The translations under genes were made by a program, and so were the position numbers. Shown piece after piece: positions 14,111 through 28,490 of a stretch of DNA of 64,000 bases. The stretch comes from Eledone cirrhosa. Taxonomy: Eukaryota. Position 1 is the stretch's first letter. Every line of letters starts with the position of its first letter. The notes beneath the pieces were generated by a model. That model did not search any database, was not told the origin of the DNA, and worked only from the letters and a program-made list of their open reading frames with translations. The stretch is from assembly GCA_964016885.1 (NCBI GenBank), contig OZ024746.1, positions 48,856,001 through 48,920,000 on the forward strand, in the 5' to 3' direction.

Positions 14111-17100
14111 ACAGAGACCTTTGGTGCATAAACTTGTATCTTTCAACATGAATATCAAAACTCACCTAGAACAAGAAAAACAAATAAAAGAAATAACAAA
14201 TCATTCCCAACCAGGCATACCTGTAATCTATCAAAAGTGAAACAAGAATCACAACAATGAAAGCTCATGTGCACGAATAGATATTAAAAGGATCTAAGCC
14301 TAAAGATCGAAAGATAAAAATGTGTGAAGAATTAGACTCGATAGATCTTCCTAAAGACTAAAGAAAGACTCAATGGTTGATAAAGCAATGGTAAGATAAC
14401 AACAATAAGAGGATACCTGCAAACGTAGTGATAATATACATAGATTTAAATTTCAATATCAACAGGAGAATTCAATTAATCTATGCAGACGCTTCAGTTG
14501 TTACAAAGAAAAGCGAGTGCCGTTTGTAAACGTCTCAGTCAAACTATCCGATAAAATGACAAACAAAAGGAAATATCACTCAATTCTTTATCAAATTAAC
14601 GATGAAATGTCAAAAATGAAGTTAAGAAAAAGTGACAATCATACTCAATAGATACAAAATAACAGTCTAAATCAAATACCACTTAGAACAAGAGATTCTT
14701 GCTAAATCGAAAAGAATCAATTGTTATGAAAAACAACAATATTTCCATGGGGCAAAACAAAACTTTGTCTCCAATTCGCAAGGGGAAAAGAAAATATTTT
14801 AAGAGAAGATATGGACAGTAGATGGATCGATGCGTGTGGCGATGGTAAAACAAGAGGCGGAGTAGCAGAATATTTCTAAGAATGAATAACAAACCCAATC
14901 GTGATTTGTTGTTAAGGCGATTATAATGCTTAGTATTATCAACTTTCACTTTAGAGATAAATGATTTTTCATCATATAATTTTACATTACCTTTCTACAG
15001 TTATTAGCTGATTATTCGTGGAGAAATACGTTTTACCAGAGTCATTTCTAAACTTCATTTCTAAACTTTGAGTAATAACATCCTTAGATATTAGTCCACC
15101 GATGTTTGTGACATGTGATTAATTGACTATATTGTAATGAATTACATCGAAATCAATTTTCCATCGGCATTTTATCATTCTTGGATGAATAGGATATAAA
15201 CTGGACACCATCTGGATTTTAACTCAGAATCCAGGAAGCTGAAACAAAGAAGGTTTCTGTTATATTACCAAAAATTACACTTTATAACTTGACATATAAC
15301 ATACATTTGAAAGACGAATAGATATAATTGATTCCATTACGCGTATGATTTATCTGTCCGGTGAGGTAGAATATGGAGTAGGGGTCCATCGAATTTGTAG
15401 TGAAAACTGTAATGTATTCCTCTCCATACTACTAAGTTGTCATTGTAGACAGACGAAGGATGAGATTATAATGTTTAATCTAAAAACAAAAACAACGACG
15501 CAAAAATAAGAATCTAGAACATATGAAGCGCTCTGCGCAAAATCCAATTTCTTCCAAGCATATATAAAATTACATTATCTGGGAAGCAGATGCTAAGTCG
15601 TTTATATAGCAACTATATATTAGTTTCGGAATATATAAAAACGAACATTTAAGGCAAATAAATGGCCTCCTCAGTATATGAGGAAAAATATTGTCATGGA
15701 AATGATATCAGGTCAATATAAAAGGTGGAGCTGTGTAATATGGGAATAATATCTGAGAAATTTGCAGTCGGTGATAGCGACGAAAGCAGATTTTATCATA
15801 TGGAAATATAAATTTTATCATAGAACATTAAATGACAAAAGCTGAGGAAAAAACACAGAAACACAGAAATTGCTAGCTTAGCTGTTATATATTCGCGCCG
15901 CAGAGAGTTCACATTTTCTTGTCTATAACCAGGTCCACCTTGATCGAGTAAGCCTATTACCGTAGCTTTTGCAGTCATGACTACTCCGTATTTTTACATA
16001 TGAGAAGGTACATTCTGTTTCTTATAGATTGGAATGTGTAATTTGAAAATTTGGTTGCTATATATAACAGGTCAAACATTGGTTCGGCATCCCGGTGGGT
16101 GTAGTGTTCATTGATTTGCAAGAAAGATCAGTTTAAGCTTCATAAAATTGCATACTGTCATTAAGAAAGGAATAGCATCTTAGATAATACACTGCCAGGT
16201 AATAAGCTTGCTGTCATAAAAAGTGACATTATTTACTGTTAAGTCAGGAAGAAAAGGGACAGGCCCATGAAACTTTCAGGACCATTTAAATTGGTGGGGA
16301 ATGAGGTGAAAGATATGCTCCACTGGATATCTTATCTGAATACTTATAACAAGTACAAGATGGTGATGTTAGAGTGGGTGACAGTTTAAATCTACCTCGA
16401 TTGTAGACAGCGTTACTTGAACCCAGAATGCAAAGAGAAGAAACAGATACAAGGGATCTCGTTGTTTTTTCAAGTACAATGTGCCTATAGCCATACTCTA
16501 CAATTTCCATACCTCTAGGGTGATATGAAGGTAATTTCGTTTCTATTTCTAGTTAGTCAAGTGACCGTGTAGAGGATTCGAAATTGTATGTGGTGGCCAA
16601 TATACCTGTCAATAAATTCCATTGTAATGCACTTTGTACTATATTGACTACATTTTGTAATATTGGATTCTTACCAAATCACAAGGCGAAAAGATTTCAC
16701 GAGAAAGATGAGATTGTGTAACACTCTTTTATCTTTGTGATATAATTAAAAGGAATTGGTTTTAGTTAAAAATTGAAATAGCCTGAAGTAATTCTGTCCT
16801 TAAAAGTGTATTCTTTGAACTAAGTTACTCACCATACAATTTTGAAATATTCACATGGCTTTCTCTAGGTTTTGAATAAAAGGCAATTATTCTACATAAA
16901 AGAAACTAACTACAACGTAACCGCCTTATTCTGAATTATGCTGCCTTGTACACTTTATATTATATAATATTTCAAGAAGGAATGAAAATATTTCAGATGT
17001 GAAATGGAATCAAAATACTTTTTAACTGTTTTAATACCAAACTACTCGAAACCGCCTCTGGATGTACGATACAAATCTGTTTATTTTCGTTCTTGCTCTG

Positions 17101-17224
17101 ATCGATCGACAAGATCCCAGACCTTATTCGCTTGCCAAGTGGGGTCGACCTCGTCAAATCGGACCAAGATAGCAATGTTTCCATTGGTCTTTCCATTGCT
17201 GATACTATCTACCGCTCCTACGTC

Positions 17225-17350
17225 ATGGCAGAAGGAGCAACGTGAAATAAAGTGTCTTGCTCAAGGACACCTGCATCACCCGGTCTGAGAATTGATCTCA
17301 CAACCTCACGATTGTGAATCCAACTCTCTAACCACTAAGCCACGAACCTT
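17225..17350 (-). mobile_element. Second tRNA-derived SINE family, fragment
   Basis: Minus strand GTGGCTTAGTGGTTAGAG (A box), B-box-like GAGATCAATTC, then GTGTCCTTGAGCAAGACACTTTATTTCAC. Confidence 0.65.
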
Positions 17351-17982
17351 CACTGTTTATTTTCGATTATTTAAATTTATCTAAAAACATTCCACCGTAA
17401 AATTTATACAAGAACGTTGTCAAGTTATCCTTCATATACCTGCTTAACAAATCTTTTTAGCATTGGCACAAGACCAGCACGTTTTGGGGTGTGGGTGTTT
17501 ATGGAAAATTTGGTTATAACAATCCCATAACTTAAAGGCGTGTCTGCTCAATATGCTTAATATTATTATTGTGATGATATTTCGATAATTATTTTCTAAT
17601 TAGCTCTGGTCTTGTTTTACGATGAAGTGAAAAGAGATTATTGCAAGAAAAAAAATATATATGCCAATGAATTTCTTTTTCATTTTTCGTTTCGCCTCTC
17701 ATAAACCAAATAACATATGTTAAAATATAACATAAACGTAACACATGAAAGTACTCTAGAAGCAGGTGACATTTTCAAATAAACTTCAAAAGACTAAACC
17801 TGGTTGTTATTTCTTCGATAGCTCCATATGATGTGATATGCGAAGCTTAACACTGATTTCCTTTCAAAATCTTGTTTAAACTTGTTTTTCTTCAAATTTC
17901 TTTTTTTTTTCTATTTGAACTTTTGATTATGGGAATTGTTCATAGACATAATTCTCATCTATCTAACTACCCCCAGCCACCC

Positions 17983-18115
<133 letters not shown>

Positions 18116-18391
18116 GTAAAGGGTAAACAGAAATAACAACACAATCGGTACAGTATATGGAAGGAATATATTAAGTTAACGCTTGAAATAGCAGGAAGAG
18201 AGTTTTAAAGTTTCTGAGACTAGTCCTTCATCAGAAGAAAGAATGAGAAATAAGAGAGATTGAAGGGACGGGTGAGGTGGAATTTGAAAAACTATTTTTA
18301 GATAAACATAACAGGTCCAATCATGTTGACATCTCTTGGTAAACTTGATGCTGGCGTTTTGTGTATGATTCATTTTTTTTTAGAAAAGTGG

Positions 18392-18470
<79 letters not shown>

Positions 18471-21291
18471 GCGTGTATGGGAGTTAACATACAATCATAC
18501 ATGCATATGAGCATAGACATTTCTCATTTATTCTCAGTTATTTAGAAACTGCCAAAGCCCCTCTCATTCAGGTCGCAGTATCTGAACAGTCAAGAATGTA
18601 TTTCTTTACTGATGTAAAATAAAATGAACAGTTGTTCCACAATTTATTGTGTAGTCTTCTTAATAAAAATGATTCTAGTACTTAATTCATAGACGATTGG
18701 GGTGTATTTCGTAGTATTTAACTGGGAGTAAATATAGAAAAATGCCCACAGTTCCATGCTAATTATAAGAGACATTAAATAGTCTAAAACTCCTCAACTG
18801 CTCGTACCTCAAGCGATACTGATTGGATGTGGTCAATACTGATTAGATGTGGTCAAAATAATTTGAAAGCAAAGCTATCGTCTAAATTTAATCTATAATT
18901 ACTTGGAAAAGAAATATCTGTAAATGTTATTGTTCAATAAGTAAGTGAAAGTGCTTAATGAAACCATTAATTATGTGAGGCATAATATCCTAAAGTAAAT
19001 AAGATATTTGGTAGCTACATAATTCTTCATAATCATAAATGGAAATCAAAATGACAAATACAGCATTCAAAAGTTTGTAAAATGTCTCAGACTTTCATTT
19101 GACATAATTCATCTTATAAAATTATTTGCACAGACGTGCTGACTTGTACAATACAGATTTGATTTTGTTTTTCACTTTTCATCTATTCATTTCTGAATCT
19201 TGAAAAGCATTAATATGAAAAGAAAACACATAATATATTTCTGTTTGGGCGTATCAAATACATTAGAAAAACCGCTCTGATTCTTTCTATGCTTAGCTGC
19301 AGGGCCAGTACGACAACATTTTGAATAATATCAAATGTTTTTATATTCTTTTATATTTATTTGTAATTTATGTCTATGTAGGAAATCAATTATTCCTAGT
19401 CCAAGAATATCATATAGCTGCCGTTATAATGAAAACGGGTGTTTCAGAAGCATTAACAGAGAAGCAAAATTAATCAAACTTTTTATCAAATGCAATTTAT
19501 ATGTGTTTTAATACCTATTGCGACAATTATTTAAACGCATGTGTGCTTTTCGTTAACAATTGTATTAAAGCTTTAAAAGTGTAAAAGTGATTTAACTTTG
19601 AAAGAAGATTTAAGTAAATCAATTTTGTTTTAAATGCATTGATTTTTCTCATCATCATATGTTCCTCTTTATCTTTCCATTGGAGTTGAATATTTGATTT
19701 AAGGCGACATTTGTGATAATTATCAAATCCATTAAGTTTCTTGTATAATTGCGGATTAACATCGTGTTTCGTCGTTAGTGTTTCCATTATTCATCTAAGA
19801 AACAAATAATTAGAAAATCTTGAAACGTATTTATTTAGTTCATAGACATCAAAATGGGAAAGAAACTTCTTTGCGAACTACTTAACATTTTCTGTATAAT
19901 TTGCTATAGATTTATAAAATCTGAAACATGTTTATAGAATCATTTCCCTTGCTTCTAGTAACATATTCTTAGTACTATAATGTAGTCTGGTCTTTAATTG
20001 TATGTGTTACTTATTTTGAATTAAAGATAATTTTTTTTTTTTTTTCAGGAAGGTCTTGCAACGATATTTTAAAAAATGTGTTATCCTCACATAAATCAAT
20101 AAAATCCTATTCATAGCTATTCACACCTTTCCACCCCCGAAAACATTTATTTAATTGAAAAGAATATTATTTTGTGCAGCATATATCATTTACAGTTAAC
20201 GTTATTGTTTTGGTCTAGTTAAGTTTTTTTGCGTAGTATTTTCAACAATTCTTCTCTAATGGCAAAACACATCCACTAGAACACCAAGAAAAATGGATTG
20301 TGGTATTTAGTTACAACTCTTTATATTCTTAGTGTAAAACCCACTGTGGTAGCCTTTGCTTTCTAGTCCTCCTATGTGATAAAATAATACGAATAGAGTA
20401 CAGCAGTTGATATAATCTATGGTTTTCTCCCCAAACAAGTTTGTTTTATGAGTCGTTGATGAATAAATAAAAATTTGAAATAACCCAGCTATAGAGATCA
20501 TTTATTCGCACTTGGGTGTGGAATAGATTTATAGTAAAATATTAAAGAAAGTGATTTAAAAATGATTTATGCTGAAAGTATCAAACAGGTGCGAAGCTTT
20601 TTAGGTATCTAAATACGAATATTTCATCGCATCCTCCTATATTACTATGGCATCTAGTATATCTGTATAGTAGGATCTGCTTCTTGATGAAAGGTATTCT
20701 GATTTGTTAAAAAATATGATGTGATTTGGGCGGAGTTTAACTAGTATTTATTGCAGCTAGGGCGACCGCATAGAGACATACTCATTGGCTTGAAATAATT
20801 AAAAGTGATATATTGTGGTGGATTTCATAAACTATGCCGTATCGCAACAGAAATTGGACTTATTCCTTGTCGCGATTTCAGTTTTACATTTCGTTTCAAC
20901 AAACTGTTAAAATACTTCTACACATCTTATGAATAAGTCTTTTAATTTTCATCTATATGGAAACATTTCTATTTGAACCGTTTACTTCATAATTAAATTT
21001 ATAATTAATGTTTTAAATACGATAGAACAAAGGATGGAAATGGCTGACAAATGATATAATTAATGGATTCGATATCATTGAATTAGTGAACTGAGTAAAA
21101 CCTGGAAGGACATGCTAATGGGGTTAAGTAACGTCTATTTATTTGTTGTTTAGTCCCAGATCAGCTCTGAGCCAACAGAACTAGGATTACAAACTTTCCA
21201 GTTTCCATCGTATTAGTTGTCAGCTTTATTCTTGGTATATTTCAGTCTTGATATAAGTGTGTATTTAATGAACCTGTGTATATGCGTATGC

Positions 21292-21292
<1 letters not shown>

Positions 21293-21382
<90 letters not shown>
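21293..21382. repeat. (CT)n microsatellite
   Basis: Direct reading. Confidence 0.95.
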
Positions 21383-21386
<4 letters not shown>

Positions 21387-21852
21387 TATCTCTCTCTCTG
21401 TGTACACGTGACTGTGATGTTGTTGTGCAACTCCAGGTCAGCTCTGATCGAAAAGACTACGAAGGTAGATGACCCAATGATCTAGCGTAATCTGCATATC
21501 TATATTACATGTTACACCATGCACCTGTTTAACTGACATTCAGTGATTAATCGTATGCGGGGATATGTGACAGGTCATGTTTCGAATTTTCCTCTCTCTC
21601 CAGTATATGTTTGTACATTACCAGATACATGTAGCGACCACAGAAGAAGTGAGAAATGTGGACTCAGTCACATCATAAGTTTTGCGCTTCCTCCGCTTTC
21701 ATCGTTTGTGTTGTACATTCAAGCACAATAGTTAGAACTAGTGAGAAAATTGGTGTTGTAAGTATTTCTGTGAATGTATGTTTTTTTACATATCTTGACA
21801 GAATGAATGTTACACTGTTTTTCAATTGCTGTCGTAGCAGTATTCTGGATAG

Positions 21853-21900
<48 letters not shown>

Positions 21901-21984
21901 GGTGAGTAATATTGTGGAACAATAAAACTATGCATATATCAGATAAGTAGCACTCAACAGTGGTAGAACTGGAGTATATATTAT

Positions 21985-22302
21985 AGAAGACATTAAAAGA
22001 TGGTTAAAAAAGTTCCATATATTTTATTATGCGCATTTCGAAAACAACATCATCCTGGGACAAAAATTGTGTTCTCATCAGATAAAATAAGGTAACATGA
22101 TATGAGGCCTAAAAACACTTGTCAACAAGAAAGTGTCATATGTAGACTTGACACTTTCCTGTTGACAAGTGTTCTTAGGCCTCATATCATGTTACCTTAT
22201 TTTATCTGATAAGTAGACGATTTTTGTTCCAGGATGATGTTGTTTTCGAAATGCGCAGAATAAAATATATGGAACATTTTTAACCTTCTTTTAATGTCTT
22301 CT
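21985..22302. repeat. Fold-back palindrome of two inverted PLE pLTR ends
   Basis: Arms ~21985-22139 and ~22149-22302 are reverse complements; a hammerhead motif lies in each arm. Confidence 0.85.
22021..22088 (-). ncRNA. Type-I hammerhead ribozyme
   Basis: ATTTTAT-CTGATGA-GAACA...TGTTTTC-GAAA-TGCGCA-TA-ATAAAAT; 7-bp stem I, palindromic stem III ATGCGCAT. Confidence 0.8.
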
Positions 22303-22367
22303 TTTATATATATATATATATAGTGACGAAACATAAGTCAATTGCATGAACTCATAATCCTTTATTT

Positions 22368-22423
22368 ACTGCTATATATATTTCGATGATAGCCATTGAA
22401 TGGCTATGACCTCATCAGGCAGT
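22368..22423 (-). ncRNA. Type-I hammerhead ribozyme in solo PLE tail (~22322-22612)
   Basis: ACTGC-CTGATGA-GGTC-ATAGCCATT/AATGGCTAT-CATC-GAAA-TATATA-TA-GCAGT. Confidence 0.8.
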
Positions 22424-23123
22424 TAGTAAGTTCTTAGATATGCCAGCTCTGTGTTTATAGTGTTGATGGTATCAGAGCCTTGGGACATATGAGCTTGTTA
22501 GGAATAAATTAATGTTGTCAGCAGGAATAGACTTGATTCTCATTGGTCAGTTTGTAGATGGTAGTTGGGTTGGTATTTGACCTCAAAGAGGCAGGTGGTT
22601 TTGTAAAGTATAAATATATATATATATATTTAATACAATAACAAAGATAGCTTAAAGCTAAACTCTGACTGGTAACCATCTCACTCAACAAACATTAGGT
22701 TATATGTTAGTATAACCCAATTTAAGTGTTTGGGGTGCTAACTATATGTATTTGTGGAAAGCCAGTTGTATTATTTTATGAGATATAATTAAAGTTAAAA
22801 TATATCTCTCTTTCCAAACAATTGTTTCATTATAAGTTTTCTATAAATTGGGAGAATGTTTCCAGTTTATGTAGAAGCCTAACATATATTCATATAAGAA
22901 TATATTTAGGTGGGCACTTATAAATCTTCAGTGGAAGCCCATTAAACTTTGATATAAGAAAACATTCTTACCGCAGTTAAAAATCGTGTCTGCTAAGCTG
23001 TTCCCTCGCGCATCGAATGACCGCCAAATTTGAAATTCCAGCAGTTTTTGACTGAGGAAGTATTATAGCGTCACGAAGCGGGAAAGGGAGACAACCATGA
23101 TTCACAAGAAAAGAAAAAATAAT

Positions 23124-23557
23124 ATACACGCGGGTTAATTATTTTTTTCAAAAACGTTATCAATCCAACGTGTTAAGAACTCAATTGAAATTTAAAAAAT
23201 AAATGTATGCGTGTATTAATTACACACGCATATGGATATTTTCTTAGGCTAAAAACAGAAGTCGTACCTGAATAACAAACCACATCTCATAACCGTAGTA
23301 AATACGGAAAGTTACGCTTTAAAGGGCAATTGGGAATGTAAATCTCTGGCCGAATTAAGAGTAAAATATTAAATACACGCGGGTTAATTAGTTATTTCAA
23401 AACTAATATCAATTCCACGTGTTAAGAACTCAATTAATTTAAAATAATAAATGTATGCATGTAATTATTTACACAGGCATATATATATTTTCTTAGGCTA
23501 AAAACAGAGAAGTGACAACCAAAAAACCACCATATCACACAACAGTAATAAATACGG
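23124..23557. repeat. Imperfect tandem duplication, period ~249 bp
   Basis: ATACACGCGGGTTAATTA at 23124 and 23373; shared GTGTTAAGAACTCAATT and TTTCTTAGGCTAAAAACAGA. Confidence 0.75.
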
Positions 23558-23724
23558 ACACACACACACATACATACTGAGACACACTCACACTACCTAC
23601 ATGACTAAAGAAAGAAATATGAAAAACGAAAGACCAACTGAACCTACGAAGAGCACAGCATTGGTTACTACAGCAAACATCGATTCTCCACAGTTACTGC
23701 GATTAAATACAATATCATCATAAA

Positions 23725-23805
<81 letters not shown>

Positions 23806-23810
<5 letters not shown>

Positions 23811-24103
23811 CACATGCGCAAACTAAGCACACAACACACACAAAAACAAGATGGCGTAGGACAGAACAAAGGAGAGGCACAAAACAAAGAAAAGAATCCC
23901 CAGTCACTGAAGAGGTCACAGAATGTGTGACGAAAGAACTTTGACAATATATGAACAACCGTCCGGTTATGGAACCAACCAACCGGAAATTTATAAATTT
24001 ATAAATTCTTAAATTTATAAATTTAATTTATAATAAATTGGAGTGAAAGCAACTGGTGCGTGTGTTTCTTATTGGCAACATGACCCTCCCAAAGCATAAC
24101 AAT
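23806..24103 (+). mobile_element. Solo pLTR of the 8056-12013 PLE family, with hammerhead at 23902-23945, in (TA)n
   Basis: Colinear with 11710-12013; ends ATGACCCTCCCAAAGCATAACAAT. Confidence 0.88.
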
Positions 24104-24155
24104 ATATATATATATATATACGTATATATGCATATATATGTGTGTGTGTGTGTTT

Positions 24156-24217
24156 GAACCACCATCAATCTCTTAAAGATGTTTTTGTAAACATCTTTAA
24201 GAGATTGATGGTGGTTC
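24156..24217. repeat. Near-perfect 62-bp palindrome
   Basis: GAACCACCATCAATCTCTTAAAGATGTTT...AAACATCTTTAAGAGATTGATGGTGGTTC. Confidence 0.9.
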
Positions 24218-25647
24218 TGTTTCCAGGAATATCAATGACAGCGTCTATTTAGAAAGAAACAAGACCCACACCATAATATATAAAGAAACTGTGTAATTTT
24301 GCGTGTGAATTCATTCTTTTCATGTCAGGCCTGTGCATTAATCTTTTTTGTTATATTTTGTTTACTTTAATGGCATTGTGTAGACAAGCTCCATAATAGT
24401 TACACCTCGATCTAATGTGTTTTCCGTTCTTCCCCTATATTATATTATTTTATTTAACATTTGCTGGTTTTATATTATTACGTGTCTAGAAATACAAAAT
24501 TGGAATCTGATAGCATTGTTAGTTTTGATGGGGTTTACTCTTTTTTCTGCAGCGTCCTGCGTAGTATATTGTGAAATAAATAAAAGGAAATAAAATGAAT
24601 GAAAAGCAAGAACACACTAAGTTGTTGATGACTGAGAAACATATTATTCAGTGTGTCTTTCTTTTAAAGGTGAAAGTGTGTGATTTCAATAAGATTCAGT
24701 AGGCATTTTTAGGGGTTCGAGTAACCTTTGGAAGATTCCTTCCTTGCGCGGAATGCTGGTTGCAATGTGATGTAGTATGAAAGCCAAAGTCACCTACCAT
24801 GAAAAGGGGAAGGACACATTGAATAATATGGCTTCACGTACATTCAGAAACCAAAAGCACCACATGTGGTCTGCGAGCCGCAGTTTGCCCATGATTGCTA
24901 TAAACGCTATATCTGTCTTCATTTAAAAACGAATGACCATATTATATAATGTAGTACTCGATACACTAAACAATAAAGAGGTTAATAGCGATAGTAACAC
25001 ATTTAATACTCGATATGCTGAATCAAGAAACAACCTGGAGCTAATCATCAATAGCAGCATCCTAGAAATATCTCCCAAATTTCCCTCAAATTACACCAAG
25101 CTCATTAAAATAAAGGACATGTTTAATATGTAATATATTCTATTCTGTCTTGAAATACACGAGAAGAGACTTGAAGTTCGAAGATCATTAATTATGTGGT
25201 ATCTGGAACAGGACTGCCTTACGTCCAAACAATTAAACGACAATGACAGCAACGACAACTAAAACAACAACAACAACAACAACTACAACAACACCAAACA
25301 CAACAATTACCACTAGTGTTATAGCTTAATAAGGAAGCCCCTGCGTGGCTGTTAGATCTGCAACATAGTAATTCGAGTCACACAGTAGCATCCAAGTAAT
25401 GGACATTGAATAATATAGTCCTATGGTTTAAAGTAACCATGGATGGTTAAAACTAGCACCATTTTGATCATTTGACTGTTTAATAAAGTTTCTTTTTTCT
25501 CCCGAAGCCAAACAACCACAAGGAACAACGCCAACAATAACTGAATTTACATGATGTGTCTGTATTTAAAATCAAATTTTCTTATACTATGAGTAGTGGA
25601 TCATACTGTGATGACGCCATCTACAACAAGAAAAGACATATACAATC

Positions 25648-25903
25648 ATTGTTTCTACTTTTGGCACAAGTCCAGCAATTATCCCAATGTATTACTGGTA
25701 CTTTATTGTATCGAGCCCGTAAGGATGAAAGGCAAAGTTAACCTCGGTGGGATTTGAACTTAGACCAAAAAGGGCCGTAACTCTTTGCTGAGTTCAAATC
25801 CCGCCGAGGTTGACTTTGCCTTTCATCCTTACGGGGTCGATAAAATAAAGTACCAGTAATGCACTGGGTTATTGCTGGCCTTGTGCCTAAAGTTGAAACA
25901 ATT
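25648..25903. mobile_element. Head-to-head (tail-out) inverted SINE pair
   Basis: Minus copy 25648-25788 joined directly to a plus copy starting at the B box (25788-25903). Confidence 0.8.
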
Positions 25904-25982
25904 ATTTATAACAGAGTGTTTCCTTGGTTATCGTCCATTTTTTATTTCATTTTATTTAATACAGCAGCCTTTAGAAAAAAGA

Positions 25983-26436
25983 GATGATGACAAGGATGAT
26001 GACGACAATGACAACAATCACAAAGATGATGACAATGATGACAATGACAACAACAGTCACGGCAACGTCGACGATAACAGCGCTTATGATGATGATGATG
26101 ATGATGATGATGATAGCGGTCGCGGCGATAGTAGTAGTGGTGGTGGTAGTGGTGGTGGTTTGTGTTGTGGGGTGGTAGTGGGTTGGGTGGGGTGGGGTGG
26201 TAGTGGGGGTGGTGGTGGTGGTTTTGGTGGGGGTGGCGTGGGTTTGGTAGTGGTGGGGGTAGGGGGTAGTGGTGGTGGCAGTGGTGGTGGTAGTGGTGGT
26301 AGTGGTGGTAGTGGTGGTGGTAGTAGTGGCAGTGGTGGTAGTGGTGGTAGTGGTGGTGGTAGTGGTGGTGGTGGTATGGTGGTGGTTGTGGTAGTGGTGG
26401 TGGTGGTAGTGGTGATAGTGGTGGGGGTGGGGGTGA
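25983..26436. repeat. (GAT/GAC/AAC)n and (GGT/AGT)n triplet low-complexity tract
   Basis: Direct reading. Confidence 0.9.
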
Positions 26437-26845
26437 ATAAGTTTTAACTACAAAATAATTCATCGTTGATTTATTATTTTCATTAAGATTTGTTATGTTG
26501 TTACAATTATTATTTTTTTATTAATTGGGATATATGGGCAGTGACCATGAATCTTTTCAGGACCTCCAAGATATATGGCAAGGAAAGGGTGGCACCACCC
26601 ATATCATTTGCTATCATGCCACAGTCCCACTCCACACACAAAAAAGAAAACTGACGAGTCATGTCCAGCCAAATAGAAAGCATGGACGGTGTTACAAACT
26701 ACAGTACCTCTGTTTAAGAACATTGAGGAGGGGTTTGATTTGCCTTTGAGGGGTAGTCTGGAAGGTCATAAGTCATATCATGGCAAATGGATATATGGGT
26801 AGTGCCATTTTCTAACTAAACAACGTGAAGATCTAGTCAATAATA

Positions 26846-27725
26846 ATAATTGTTTCTACTTTTGGCACAAGGCCAGCAATTACCCAGTGCATTACTGGTA
26901 CTTTATTTTATCGACCCCGCAAGGATGAAAGGCAAAGTTAACCTCGGCGGGATTTGAACTCAGAATGACAAGGGCCGTTACTCTATGCGTCAAAGCATGG
27001 CGTCCGTCCCTTTACTGATATTGCTAATCCACCGCTAGTCAATAATAATAATAATTGTTTCTACTTTTGGCACAAGGCCAGCAATTAACCAGTGTATTAC
27101 TGGTAAATAATGATCTCTACTAGAGGCACAAGGCCAGCAATTTTGGGGAAGGGGAAAGTGGAGTAAATCGACAACAGTGTATTATTGGTACTTTATTTTA
27201 TCGACCCCGTAAGGATGAAAGGCAAAGCCTAACCTTGGCGGGATTTGAACGCAGAACGCAAGGAGACGTAACTATATGTCTCAAATCATGTCCGACGCTC
27301 TACCGATACTGCAACACTACCGCGCTAATAATAATGATAATTGTTTCTACTTTTGGCACAAGGCCAGCAATTACCCAGTGCATTACTGGTACTTTATTTT
27401 ATCGACTCCGTAAGGATGAAAGGCAAAGTTATCCTCGGCGGGAATTGAATTCAGAATGGCAAGGGCCGTAACTCTATGCGTCAAAGCATTGCGTCCGACC
27501 CTCTACCGATACTGCCAAAATGCTTTCTTATATAGGCACAAGGCCAGCAATTTGGAGGGAGGGGAAGTGGATTAAATCGACCCCAATGCGTAGACTGGTA
27601 CTTTATGTTATCGACCGCGTAAGGATGAAAGGCAAAGTTAACCTCGACGGGATTTGAAATCAAATCATAAAGGGCTGTAACTCTATGCTGCAAAGCATGG
27701 CGTCCGACCCTCTATCTATACTGTG
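26846..27725 (-). mobile_element. Tandem array of four near-complete SINEs plus a tail fragment
   Basis: Repeated TTGTTTCTACTTTTGGCACAAGGCCAGCAATT...AGGATGAAAGGCAAAG...GGATTTGAAC; CTAGTCAATAATAATAAT duplicated around the first copy. Confidence 0.88.
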
Positions 27726-28490
27726 ACTACTGCTGATTATGATGATCTACTACTACTACTTTCAATGTACATACTTAAATAGCTTTTGTTTGTTTGTTTT
27801 TCTGACAGCAGCATTGATTTAGCGAACCTATCAGGGTTTAGATTCACATGAGGATGAACGAAACGTATCATTTTACAATATTTCTGCATTCTGATATTTA
27901 GAGGATGACCCTCAAATGTAATTCCTGCTGATCAACCGTTAGTATGGAGAATAGAACGTGAACAACCGACCTTTTGTCGTATATTCCAATATATAACAAG
28001 CTGTGATTCACGGTTTATTGTTTGTTGTTGACTGTAAGGTCTTCTTGTGATTGATAAATATCTTTTGAATAATTTTTTTTCTTTCAGAATGATTTGTGGT
28101 TTAAAAAAACAAATAATGTGACGTTCTAGTAAAAAAAAATAGTTTTTATTAACAGTAATATGAACTATTTTTTTAAAAACAAAACAAGACCCACAAAACT
28201 CATTTGCTTACCGAGTGGGATGGAACTTGTCAGATAGAACTAAGGAATCAATGTTTCCATTGTTCTTTCCAATTACAAATACTATCTACCGGTCACAATT
28301 CATGATAGAGATGAACTATTACAATTACAGTAAAATGGAATTACCAACTTTTTCTTGATACCATCAAAAATAAATTGTAATGAGATCTTCCATAAACACA
28401 CACACACCTATTTGTAAAATATGGTACACTTTTGATAATGTCGTCTTAAATGGGATAGTCATAGCTGGATTATTTTTCGTTATAGATCTG

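Noticed and set aside
19527-19787. Possible host coding exon (METLTTKH...)
   Set aside because: No recognisable domain, no clear donor or partner exons; compatible with chance in AT-rich DNA
25872-26463. Gly/Asp-rich and His/Pro-rich proteins
   Set aside because: Triplet microsatellite open in several frames on both strands
26846-27725. CRISPR-like repeat-spacer array
   Set aside because: The units are ~190-bp tRNA-derived SINEs without unique spacers; eukaryotic context with no cas genes
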